From assembly GCA_009914755.4 (NCBI GenBank), contig CP068257.2, positions 30,496,001 to 30,560,000 of the forward strand: 64,000 nucleotides of DNA, read 5' to 3'. Shown here piece by piece: positions 52,031 through 64,000 of this stretch. Position 1 is the first letter of the stretch; each line of letters begins with the position of its first letter. A model generated the notes under the pieces. It did no database searches, was not told the DNA's origin, and saw nothing but the letters and a program-made list of their open reading frames with translations. This DNA is from the human T2T-CHM13v2.0 reference genome, Homo sapiens. Position numbers and translations under genes: made by a program.

Positions 52031-53094
52031 GTTTTCTTAGGTTTATTCACATATTTACATTTTTGTTTTTCTCTATTTTTTCTTGCATTTCAGACTTTCT
52101 TCTGGATTCATTTCTTTTCTTCCTGAATTATATTTTTTAAAGTTACTAATAAATGTCTACTTACTAAACTATCTCAAGCTAGCTCTCCAATTCTAGGTTT
52201 ACAATTATTTCTTTAGCATTTTGAAGACAGAGTATCTTAATGTTGTCTTGATGATTTTGAGAAGTCAGCTATCAATCTGTCATCACTTAATAGGTCATCT
52301 ATCTTTTCTCTTTTAAAATCTTCTTTGTCTTGGTCTTTGACTAAGTACAAGGTACTCTTTCCTTATCCTATTTGGAATACATTGAGCTTGTTGAGTCTAT
52401 TAATTCATATCTTTCATCACTGAGGGAAAATCCTAAGCCATTATCTCTTCAAATATTGCCTCTCCACCATTCTGTCTAGTCTCTCCTTTTGATTAAACTC
52501 ATGTAAAACCTTTTCAATCTGCCCTCTGTGTCTCTTATCTTTCTTCTTTTATCCTTTATTTCTCTCTGCTGCACTTTCAGTAATTTCTCAGCATCTATCT
52601 TCAGCTGCTTCAGCTGCTTCATCTGCTGTTTAACCCAACCATTTGAGTTCCTAATCCCAAGTATTATATTGTTTATATTTAGAATGTTAGAATTTTATTA
52701 ATCTTCCCAGTTCTTTATAATAGTGTCTCGTCCCTTAGTTTTATTTTCAATACTCTCTTTTATTTTTTTAAATATATAAAATATATATATCTTATATTTC
52801 TCTTTGCTGATTCCAGTATCTGGAATATGTATCTCAGTGTGATGTTACTGGATTTCAGTTCCCAACCCACACAAGAACTTGAAATTAGGAACTCTCTAGA
52901 CTTTCTCTTTCCCCCTGTACTCAAAGCGAAGGCCAAGATCACCAAGAATCTTCACTTTTTACTTCTGTGAGACAGGCTTCCTTCTTGGGATTCTTGGCTG
53001 TCTTTGGGAGAAGTCCCAGGTTTAGTGGAGGTGAATGGTCTCTGATTCAACTTCACACTTTGTGTGGGCCAAGATCACCTCCTATGTCCCCCTT

Positions 53095-53150
53095 CATGCA
53101 CACATGCACACACACACAAGCACACACATGCACATATACACACATCTACA
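53095..53150 (+). repeat. Imperfect (CA)n/(CACATG)-type microsatellite
   Basis: catgcacacatgcacacacacacaagcacacacatgcacatatacacacatctacac. Confidence 0.7.
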
Positions 53151-54599
53151 CTCTAGTCTTCCAGGAGCCTGCAGATGACCCCAGGGTAACCGCCAGTTGC
53201 AGCACTGATGTGCCCTTCTAGATTCACACCTAACCTTGAAGGATTTCCCTCGCTTTACTGCCAGATCACCCATGCATTCATTTTTCATCTATTTTATCAG
53301 TGTTTTAGCTGCTATGTACTGAGAGTTTCTCTCCAGACATCAATATCACCAATTTTATTGAAAAGGAAATACAAGCTTAAGGGTTTCTATTAGATAAATG
53401 AGGAGTAGCCCATTGTTGGGTCAAATGACTTTCTCGAGTTCAGACAATGTCACTCACTAAGGAATGTGGGATAAAAAACAACAACAACAAAGAGGAGTGT
53501 GAATGGGGTGGAGGTTGGGATGTTCTCATGAAACTCTGCGTACAATGTTCCAGTAATGGAGTTACGAATGAAATCTACACCTCCTAATTTCCAAGGTTAG
53601 TCCTTAGCCTAGGCTTTCTGACAGCTCTTTCTTCAGGAACACAGGTAGAATACTGTACCAGAGATTCCACCATAGAGCGGACACAGCCAATAGCCTATTG
53701 AACACGGGTGTGTTTCAAAGAAACCCAGAACTGGCTTATCAAGGTGAAGACTTCAGAAAGCCCTAAATTCAGCAAAGTAAGCAAAATGTATTGGGGGGAA
53801 TTAATGAGACATGTTCCCTCCTCAAGGAACTTCATATACAGACTCACCTAGGCCAGTTCTTCGCTTTCAGACAGGTGAACCTACATTGAAAATACAGCAT
53901 GGTCTTCTGTGGATCAATTTCAGAAGTCACCCAAGCTGGAACTCTGCTTCTACTGAAGCCAAAGCTCTCTTCATCCAAAAAACAGGACAGCAGCCCAGCT
54001 CCTAAGGTCTCTGCTGCCAGACCCCATTATGCCACTTTCATTTCCCAAGGCTTACCTCTGCAACCCACCCTGCTTTCCGTCTATAGTTGACCATCCTTTT
54101 CCCTTCCCCACCAAACCTCCACAGTCCCTCTCTCTCACAGCCCTCTTCTCCATGATCTTGTGAATGCATTGTTGTTTCTAATTTTCACTATCACAGCTGC
54201 AATACACGTTCTTGTGCACATGTGTCAGTTTCTCCAGGAAAAATGCCAATGAGTGAAGTTGGTTGATCATAGAGTGTGCACATTGTTCACTTTCCTAGAT
54301 ATCACCAAAGACCTCACCATAGTGGTTTACCAACTGCACTACCAACCACAGCGTATGGTGGAATCCTGGTCCTCCATATCCTTGCCAACACATGGTGTTA
54401 TCAGAGTTTAATTCTTAAGGAGCTTCTCCCTACGAGCCTATCCAGTGAACTACTCCCTTCTGACCTGCTGATGGGTAGTGAATAACACATTTGCACTAGT
54501 TCAGTCTCTTCTGAACATTGGATCTTAGAGCAGGGGTCTATAACACTTTCTGAAGAGTGAGCTGAGATCTGTCAATTCCTCCCAGCGGCTGACTGGGAG

Positions 54600-55120
54600 A
54601 AGGGAATGTGAGGGTTAATTTTATGGGTCAACTTGATTGGGCCATGGGATGCCCAGATAGCTGGTTAGACATTATTTCTGGGTGTGTCTGGAAGGTTGTT
54701 TCCAGGAGATGGTAACATGTGAACTGGCATATAGAATCAAGCAGATGGCCCTCCCCAGTGTGAGTAGGCATCATTCAAATCACTGAAGGCCTGAGTAGAA
54801 CAAAAAAGCAGAGAAAGGTTGAATTAATTCTGCCTGACTGCCTGAGCTGGAACATCAATCTTTTCCTGCCCTCAGCACTCCTGGTTTTCAGGCCTTCAGA
54901 GTCAGACCGGAACCTACACCACACTCTCCAGTTCTTAGGCTTTTGCACTGTATCCCTGGCTTTCCTGGGTCTCCAGCTTGCAGGTAGTAGATCGTAGGAC
55001 TCTTCAGCCTCCATAATCGCATGAGCCAATGACTTATAATAAATCTCTTTGTAGATACAGATATAGACATTAATATGCTCTGTTGGTTCTGTTTCTCTGG
55101 GGAACCCTCACTAATACATG
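54600..55120 (+). mobile_element. MaLR-type solo LTR (MST/MLT-like)
   Basis: ...tgtgagggttaattttatgggtcaacttgattgggccatgggatgcccagatagctggttagacattatttctgggtgtgtctggaaggttgtttccaggagatggtaacatgtgaactggcatatagaatcaagcagatggccctccccagtgtgagtaggcatcattcaaatcactgaaggcctgagtagaacaaaaaagcagagaaaggttgaattaattctgcctgactgcctgagctggaacatcaatcttttcctgccctcag...ccagcttgcaggtagtagatcgtaggactcttcagcctccataatcgcatgagccaatgacttataataaatctctttgtagatacagatatagacattaatatgctctgttggttctgtttctctggggaaccctcactaatacatg. Same word order as MaLR LTR consensus (gggtcaacttgattgggccatggggtgcccagatatttggtcaaacattattctggg...gggtctccagcttgcc...ccataatcatgtgagccaattccttataataaatctc...cctattggttctgtttctctggagaaccctgactaatacag). 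Confidence 0.5.
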
Positions 55121-55539
55121 GGGAATAATGACTCTATCTTAGTTTGAGTGAGAGCACATGCCAGTGAGAAGGAGAAATGAGGCTTCTACCACCCACACTG
55201 CTTACCAGCATGGGTCTTGGAGATAAGGTCAGAAATAGCACTGACTCTTGAGCCAGGGAAACTGCCCCGCCTGCTGCTGCTGGGACACAGTGCCCAGATA
55301 ATGGGAACACCAGGTCCTGGAGCCAAAGGGTAGAGAGACATCTGGCCTCAATGATAGATGGCAGGGCAGAGGAGGCCAAGCAAAGAAGGGACAAAGAAAC
55401 AGGAATGAGGGCAGTGAAAGGCCTGGGAGATCTCTGTGCACATCTGGATCTGAGACATGTGTTTGCCCATCATTCTTGTCAGTGTCAAGAGGCAGCAAAG
55501 GGGGCAGAGTGATTAAGCATGACCTCAGAAGGTAGCTAA

Positions 55540-55745
55540 GCTGAGGTCTTCTACCTACGAGTCCATGATCTTACACTGACCACTTACCCTCTCCCTGCCT
55601 CTGGTTCCTTGTTTGTAAAATGAGAATATTCATACCTGTTTATAAAGTTGCCATGAAAATAAATGAGATAATAACAGTAAAATGCTTAGCAAGGGTCTGA
55701 TGCATAGTGAGGACTCAGTAAATATTAGTTGTTATTCTTATCACC
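55540..55745 (+). mobile_element. MIR-family SINE fragment
   Basis: ...ctctccctgcctctggttccttgtttgtaaaatgagaatattcatacctgtttataaagttgccatgaaaataaatgagataataacagtaaaatgcttagcaagggtctgatgcatagtgaggactcagtaaatattagttgttattcttatc resembles the MIR 3' half. Confidence 0.4.
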
Positions 55746-58700
55746 ATCATTATTGCTATTTCAAATTATAGCCTATGACCAGCTTCCTTGGAGCAAACCG
55801 CAAATCAGGACTGGCATCTTATCCATCAATTCTGATTGATAGTGGTTGTCTGCTGAGGATTCCATGGTCACCCTTGTGCTCATCTGAAAAGAACAGTGAA
55901 CTGTGATCCATTGGCAATGTCTGCCATGGCTCTAGATAGGGAGCAATAGCAGAGGCACCATGCACTTGATTCCCGTGGTCTACATTTCACAATTTATCTG
56001 GCAGGAAATACTGATTCAGGAATGTTCCCATTTTAAGTTTCTAAGAGAGTACCTATGAACAGCATCCCCCCCACAAACACACACAAAAGGGCTGGTTTTT
56101 AAATGAGGCCAACTGCACATGGCTCTTTTTAAAACTGTACGGAAAGCAGGTTCTCCCTCCTTTTCTGCTCTGTAGACAATATCCATTTCATCATTCCCGG
56201 CTGCTCAGCCACATTCCTGCCTGCAGTGGCAGGTGAGCCTCGGGTGGGCTCGTCATAAGTGGGGTCCACACATAGCTTTCCACAGCTGGAGCTACTAAAG
56301 CAGACAGCCCTAGGGTGCCAAGAGATTCACATAAGAACACGGTGCAATAAAAAATGCCTGGGAATCCACAGGCCTGGATTCCAGCTTCAGCAGAAACCCA
56401 CAGTGTGAAGCTGGGTGGGGCAAGTGACTTCACAGAGGCCTGGTTTCCTGTCACCAAAATAAAAGTCAATGATCTCCAAGATCTCTTCCAATTTTATTAT
56501 TCTGTTCTAGCAAAGGGAATGCACTCCTGTAGTTACTGTATGTTTGAAAGAGGGAGAAACAGGCAAAGACGTACACGTTAGTAGACCCTTGACTTTCTTG
56601 AAGGGGAAGCTCCAAAATTTTCTTAGATTCCCAAATGGCGAAATAGCACTCCAGCCCCATTTCTTCTGGGGATTAGTTTTTCACAATGATCAAAGGGTTT
56701 ATAAGTATGAAAGATGATATTATAGAAAAGCAAGAATTAGAAAAATGGATTCTGGGGCAGGAGCTGGTCCTGTCTTAGTATCTATTCCCCTGCCCATCCT
56801 GCCCCACACACTTGTACTCACACACACCAACTTCTTAGTCCATTGAACCAATGTCATATTTCAACAAAGTTATAAATTAGTGCCTATCACGGACTTCTGC
56901 TATTAACACTACAACTGTTAAATTCCTCACCATGAGGCAAGCATCCATTGAATACACACATACACAAAGTACCTAGACAACCATAGCTGTGTAGCCTGTT
57001 TTGGTAATATGTCATCAAGCAAATGTGCAATTGCTTTTGCCAACAGCTATATACTGAAAACATCATGATAATTTCCCAAAACCATAATGGATTTTGCACC
57101 TGTCTTTTCTCATATACAATAAGTATAATATGTAATGATTCATTACCACAAACTCATATGAATGACTTCTCAGAACCATCCAGGTCCTCTCATCTGAGTG
57201 AGAAGTGTCCCTTTCCAAACAACCCCCTCCTTGGGAGTAGCTGTCCTCACTGACATGGTGTGGTCATTTTTGGCCCTTCTCCTTAGAAACTGCTTTTCAG
57301 AGCCAGTGAAGGAGTCTCAGAAGGAAACTGTATCCCAGCTGCTGACACACCTTGTTTCAGATCCAAAACAATATTTGCAGATCCATCACAATGACACAGT
57401 TCACTTCAAGTCTCAAAAACCATGTATAGAGATTTGCCTCTGAATGGCTCTTTGCTGTTGTCCAAAACCCACATCTACCCTTTATGGAAGGAAGTGGTCA
57501 CCACTAAGGTTACTGGAGAAAGTGCACCACACCTGAATGCAGTTCCTCGCAGACAATATCAAACATGTTTTAGACTTGGGCAGCACACACACGATCTGTT
57601 GATACCATCCTTAAAGGGGCTGTATTTAAGGGAAGGACATTCATCTGCGTTTTTCAAAATACCAAGTTATATATGAGTCTCAGGGATTTCCGAGTCAATT
57701 TCTAAACCCCCACTCTGTCTACACCCATTCAGCCTCACCCTCTCCCTGACTCCTGTTAAAGTGGCTGTGTCAAAACAGCCACTTCAGAAAGCCCCCAGCA
57801 TCACAACTGCCACCTGGGCATGACTGGGATATCATCTGCTTATCAACCCCGCTCAGGAAATTATGTAGATTCTGTTACTGCCCTCCAGATGCGACTTGCT
57901 TGTTTGGCCGCCTACTCACAGGGTGAGGCTGCACAGCAGGGCATTTTCAAAGACATCATCAGGAGAAGCAACAAACCAGGATCTCGCTTCCATACTGAGA
58001 AGATAAAAGAGGAGGCGACAAATAGCATGTCCAAATGCCACCTTCTGAATCACTTATAATTCTGCCACCAAACTGAATAGAAAATGCCAGACCCAGGTTA
58101 CATGGGCTCCTCCTTTAGGAAATAGGCCATTTGAAATTTTTTCACAATCTCTGTTCTTACATGGGCTGTGGAAAGGTCATCTGAGACATCCCAATTATCA
58201 CCCTTAATGGTTTCCAGTCTGCACTCATCTGACCTGATATCCGTGATATGTGACACCTCCCCACCTCCTTCGGCTTCCTGCATCCCTTTTCAGTTGCACA
58301 ACCCCCTCCTGTGTCCCAGTCTCATACGACCAACAGATGTCCCACTTGCACTTCATGCTGGAGATGCACAAATGCGCGCTCATCCCCGCCCACTACAGGT
58401 TGGGCTCCCTCCGCTGACACCTTAGTTGCTGTCCCTGTAGCATCATGCACTGAGTCCTCTGGGCACAAAACCTCAACTACTCATTGCCACTCTCTCCTTG
58501 TCCCTCACAACCAGCCACAGGGTCCTGGTGATTCTGCCTCCTCTGTGGCTCCCGGCCACCGCAGCCAACTCCCTAGCTTGGGCACTTACAGCCTAAGCTC
58601 AGGGTCGGCTCCCACCAGACTTTCTCTTACTGTCCCTTCTCCCAGGATATCCACTTCACAGGTCTGTCATAGATTCATCTCCCTCAAAGGCTGCTTAAAG

Positions 58701-61486
58701 CATTTCCCAGAATTTTCCATGGCTCCCATTGCCTACGATGTAAGTACCCCAGCCCCTCTCTGTCAATCAAGGGACTCTTCACATAGCCCCCATTTAACCT
58801 TACCCCTTCAGACGGGTCTCTCCACTGCTCCCTGCACACTTACTAATGGGGATCCCACCTCCCCCACAGCTGGTTTCCACCTGGGGCAGTTTCTATAAAC
58901 ACCCTGGTCCTCCTCCCCCTCACTCACTCCTCCCCAGGAGGGACTTAACTGATTGGTTAGTTTGGGAGAAAAAACGGAGCACTCCCAGCCCAGCATTTTT
59001 CTCTTCCCTCTTTACCCTGGGAGCTGAGCAGCCCATTGGGCTCCTCCAGGCCATGCTTCCAGAGGTAGTGCTCCCACAGGGAGGCCTGTGGTGCTCCCAT
59101 GGGGAGGTCTGTGGTGCTCCCAGGCTACCTGTGATGCTGTCAGGAGCCCCCTTCCCTGTCAATGTGGCATGCATCCTCCAATATCAGACTTCTCAGTAAT
59201 AAAAGTGATCATGGTTTTGGACTCCCAGGTGCCATATTCCTTTTGATTCATTCTCAATTAGTGTAGAACCCCAGGGAAGAGAGGAGCTCTTGATAGAGTC
59301 CTTTTACACACCAACAACCCTGGAACTTTGCTGCCTCTGGGTCTGGCACCTCTCATTCCTCCCTCCCAGGAGCACCTTCCCCTCTCGCTCTGTCTAGTTC
59401 TTACCCACCTTCAAGACCCTCCTAAAGTCCAATATCACCTGAATGTGAAGGTCCTCCCTGGGCCCCTGCCACCTCCCCTCCCTCTGAACTCACAGTTCCT
59501 GGCTAGACTCATCACTTGGCAACCATGCACCGCCACATCGTATTTCCGGTAACTTCATCCTGCATTCTAGTGCAGGGGTCTCACCTGTTTACGTTTTGGC
59601 TCCCTGGTAAGTTACACCTGAGGACAGGTTCATTCCCTTCAGCCTCATTATCATGCTTCCCCTCCACAGCACCTGCCCAGGGTCTTGCTCAAGGTAAGCT
59701 CTGGGTGACTGTTTAATTTTGCTGCTGACAATGCACAGGCGGCTTCCCACCTTCTCATCTCAGCCCTAGACAATGTGAAGGTCCAAATTATGGCATCACG
59801 GCAACATTGGCATGGTCCTTTTTAACTCCTAACACTTTGATTGTGGCCTTGGACAGTAACTCTACCTGACAGATGGAGAAATGATCATAACGACTTGAGA
59901 GATTTTCAGAGACTCTGTTCTCTGACGACGTGTCTATCCTGTACCAAATAACTTTGCCTTGAATAGTGAGTAAAATAGAAGAAGACAGCAAACACAGAGC
60001 ACAGGCATGCTAGCTTTGCCTTGCCCATGAGCCTGCAGGCTCCTTAAGGCTAGGCCTTATGTTCTTTTCTTCTCCCTAGTACCCTAGTAGCATGGATGCT
60101 GTGTCCAAGGTAGGTGCTCAGGAAACACTTGTTAGCTCAACTTAGTTAACAGTGGGAACGATCTCCAAACTCTGACATCAGGGTCACCTTTGCTTTTGAT
60201 TATGTAATATGGTATTTTGTTACTTGAGGTTAAAGTTTATGCTTCAGTTGCAGATAAAATAAAGAAGAGGGCGATACATCTACAACTAGCTTGTTGGGGG
60301 CAGCTGTGTGAAAGAGAGAGCGCAAGAGTGAGAGAGAGAAAGAAATTAAGAGCAATAAGGCCAGTCTTTAAACAAAGTACCATTCACACGAGCAAAATTG
60401 TTCTCATTACAGTTATTTTGCCCTCCCCTAAGCCTCCATGAGCACTGAATGGGTAGAAATACCTCTTTGATTCAAGGCAATGGTTGGCGAAGTAAACCAT
60501 ATGCTCCTGGCTGGTGCAAGGAGCTCAGAGAGAGCCCATTCTAACCGAGAACAAAGGTTCGGGGAAAAGCAGTTTCCCGCACAATGCAGCTGAATGATTG
60601 ACAGGCAGATTATTATTAGGCTGAGTTGGCCTCATCTGGCCTTTTTTTAAGTGCAATATGGTCTGCATAACATGACATATGAATGCTAAACTCCTGGCAG
60701 GTCCTGCGAAGGGGACAATGGAGCTGGCAGCCTGACACCGGTGCAGCTGGGAGGGGAAGGCTTGGTTTCTGCACATTAACACATTTGACATTTGGTATCT
60801 AAAGGGAAGGGCTAATAAATAACCCGCCAACGATGACACTCTGTAATGACAGCTTTTACTACCAGCCAGTTAATCCTCCACTCCAGTTCTGTCCTTTCAG
60901 GCCATCTGGTGTTGAATTCTTATTTACTTATTTTTATTTTCCTGTAGCTTGAACTTAGGACATTTGCCTCCTGCCAGTGTCACATTTTGAAGTCAATTCA
61001 AGGGCCAGGAGGGTGGCAGACTGATTGTGGATGATTCCGCACCAAGGTCTGCAGAAAGTGGAGTGAGTGGAGTTTTTACCAGGTGACCTTGGGTTTGGGG
61101 TTCAGCTGCATGAAACCAGTTAGTCATCTTGGGTCCAGAGGGATGGGGGAAATTCACCTCTTCATTACCACCTCTTTCTAGAAACAATATGCATGGTTTC
61201 TGCCTCAATGGATCTGACATACATTTTCTGAGCATCCACTCTGTGCCCCATAAAAGGATGTGTTCTAGGGATGTTAGTCCATCCCTTTAAGGCCAAAGCT
61301 GACAGACAAGAAGGTGAGCCCTCGCATAATAAATCTGCATAATAGAATCTGGACTCTAATAGGAAGAAGCATAAAGTGCTAGGGGGTGGGAGATGACGAA
61401 GAAATCCCTTCTTCCTCAGAGGATTTCAGGAAGTTGCCCAGAATTATAAAGGATCTGAGGTTTTACCCTATTTGCATGCTAACAGG

Positions 61487-61900
61487 TTAGCTGGCATTAT
61501 GGACTGAATGCCCCAAAATTCGTATGTGAAATTCCCAACCCCCAGTGTGATAGTTTTTGGATGTGGGGCCTTTGGGAGGTGCTTAGGTTTAGATGAGGTC
61601 ATGAGGGTCGGGCCCCCATGATGAGATCAGGGTCTTCACAAGAAGAGAGACCAAAGAGCTCCCTTTCTGTCTCTCTCTCTCTCTCTCTCTCTCTGTCCCT
61701 TTCTCTCTCTCTCCATCATGCGAAGACACAGCAAGAAGGTGGCCATCTGCAAGCCAAGAAAAGGGCCCTCACCAGGAACGAACCATTCTGGGACCTTGAT
61801 CTTGGACTTCCAGCCTCCAGAGCTGAGAAAAGTAAATGTCTGTTGTTTAAGCCACCCAATCTGTGGTATTCTGCATTGGCAGCCCAAGCTGACGAAGACA
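61487..61900 (+). mobile_element. MaLR-type solo LTR (MLT-like family), copy 3, carrying an internal (CT)n expansion
   Basis: ttatggactgaatgccccaaaattcgtatgtgaaattcccaacccccagtgtgatagtttttggatgtggggcctttgggaggtgcttaggtttagatgaggtcatgagggtcgggcccccatgatgagatcagggtcttcacaagaagagagaccaaagagctccctttctg[(CT)n]ccatcatgcgaagacacagcaagaaggtggccatctgcaagccaagaaaagggccctcaccaggaacgaaccattctgggaccttgatcttggacttccagcctccagagctgagaaaagtaaatgtctgttgtttaagccacccaatctgtggtattctgcattggcagcccaagctgacgaagaca. This is the most consensus-like of the three copies. Confidence 0.65.
61668..61716 (+). repeat. (CT)n microsatellite inside the LTR
   Basis: tgtctctctctctctctctctctctctgtccctttctctctctctcc. Confidence 0.95.
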
Positions 61901-62934
61901 GCCAGCCACAGTTTCATGCATGTTGGCAGAACACACAAGACACCAGGGTCAGAGACAAAGGACTTTACTACTCACAGCATTGGCAGTAGCCAGAATATCA
62001 GCTTTTGTATGGATTCTCCAAGCTCATTTCCCACAGAGTGACACAAAGAAGGCCAGATGACACCTGCACACATGGCAAGTTACATTGCAAGAGAGGGACC
62101 CTGGAGCTAGGGAACCCAAATCTTTCACAGTGGGCAGTAAACATGCCCCATTTTTGCACTGGAGAAAGACACTAACTCTGTCTTTAGTCCCTTGTAAACT
62201 CAGACCCATGACATCAAGCGCTGGGTGGAAGAGAAAATGAGGGTTATTCCCTTAGTGAATATTTGTTGGGTAAGTGCTCAGGGCTGGGTCCTTTGCTGGG
62301 AGCAGAAAGAGGAAAAGACGTTGCTCCAGGTATCCCAGTGACTGGTGTGGAGAGAAATACATGCAGATAACTAAGAATGGTGTGGAAGGGCAGTGACAGG
62401 CTGGGCACAGAGGATGACAGGAAGCACAAAGAAAGGCATCTCCTGTAGCCTGAGATGATCAGAGATGGGGTGTCCACTGGACAAACACCCATGAAAAGAG
62501 AATGGAGAACGAGGCAGTGAGTGCCTCTGTTGACAGATGTGCAAAAACACAAGAGACCCATGGAGAATTGTCTCCCAGAAGAGGCCACCAAATCAATGGA
62601 TATCAGTTCCCAATCAAACGATTTTTATAAAGGCCAAGATGTGTTCAAAGAAGGAAACAGAAATTTTCTCAAGGTTGTGTTTCTCTGTGGTTGGGCTGTC
62701 TATAGGACCCCCTTAAAATACAACCCACAGTGGCATTTCTGGACAAACTCCCTCAGCTTCCTCATGGAAGAGGGGAAGCGGCCATGGAAAAGCAGACGGT
62801 GTGCGGAGCACCGCCATGACTCCATGTGCAGGTGCATCAGAAGGGAGACAGGAATTGGTATTCAAGGCCCTTCACGATGTGGTCCTTGCCCAACTCCCCT
62901 GCCTTGTATCTGGGAACTCCCTGTCTCATACTTC

Positions 62935-63278
<344 letters not shown>

Positions 63279-64000
63279 TGATCCTGATTCCGCACCTTGC
63301 TGTTTCTCCCATCCCTTTACGTTTTATCATGCAGTGCTCTCTGTCTTTCCCACCCCAAAACTCAGCTCCCTTGACTCACCTGTGTCCTTTAGGACTGAGC
63401 TCCAATACTGTCACCTGCAGGCAGTCCTCCTAGATCACCTCAGGTGGGAGACACCTTTCTTTTGCTTCCTGCCATCCTCTGCATCCACCCTGTCACTGCC
63501 CTTCCACACCATTCTTAGTTATCTGGGTGTATTTCTCTCTGCACCGACTCTGGGATACCTGGAGCAACGTCTTTTCCTGTTTGTGCTCCCAGCGCAGGAC
63601 CCAGCCCTGAGCAGTTACCCAACAAATACTCACACAAGGAACAACCCTCACTTTCTCCTCCACCCAGCCCTTGACATTATGAGTCTTGGTCTACAAAGGT
63701 CTAAGGATCCATCAGCAAATGTGAAAATTACAGAAGAAGGTAACCATGTGCCACAGAAAACTCTGTTATTTTCAAATAGCCCCCAAGGGCCATGAGATAG
63801 TGAAATTGATTTTTTCCACTACTTTATTTTCACCTTCTTCCTCTCCTAAATGCAAACAGCAACTGCAGCATCATCTCACTGTCTCTCTCTCTCTCTTTTC
63901 TTCTTTTTCCTGCTTCCCTTCTCGTGGCATGATTATACTAGCTGCATGCAATGGTATTGCACAACCCCTCTGGTAGCTAAAGGTGCCACCCACCTCTGTT

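Noticed and set aside
58311-58898. 195-aa + strand ORF in a GC-rich block; possible exon?
   Set aside because: It is Pro/Ser/Thr/Cys-rich low-complexity sequence. There are overlapping ORFs of similar length in other frames and strands (58168, 58570, 58846, 58920), and I see no plausible splice acceptor or donor framing or Kozak context. This is typical of GC-rich non-coding DNA.

Overview
This window is primate (human-type) nuclear genomic DNA, not a microbial locus. Roughly half of it is recognisable interspersed repeat. I count 17 Alu SINEs. Most have intact A-tails or T-runs, and several have target-site duplications (TSDs) that I can read directly from the sequence. There is a 12-kb mosaic of old LINE-1 (L1M/L1P-type) ORF1/ORF2 fragments on the + strand (about 40.9–52.0 kb), broken up by younger insertions. 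There are at least seven MaLR-type solo LTRs (one THE1/MST-like and several MLT-like), a MADE1 mariner MITE, scattered MIR fragments and many microsatellites. An orphan endogenous-retrovirus pol remnant with readable RNase H and integrase motifs lies at about 22.4–24.0 kb, fused to an L1 ORF1 fragment.

I found no credible protein-coding exon, RNA gene, operon, CRISPR array or defence-system-like gene cluster. Almost every ORF in the supplied six-frame track translates an Alu, an L1 or ERV remnant, a microsatellite or low-complexity GC-rich sequence.

The most interesting structure is a pair of about 740-bp direct repeats about 90% identical, at 26850–27581 and 33211–33954. They bracket about 5.6 kb of AT-rich ORF-less DNA, and a third truncated copy lies just downstream. 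This has the architecture of a degenerate LTR-retroelement or provirus, or alternatively a local segmental duplication.

All coordinates are approximate (about ±10 bp) because I delimited everything by eye against remembered consensus sequences, without alignment tools. Family names are given only where I am reasonably sure.
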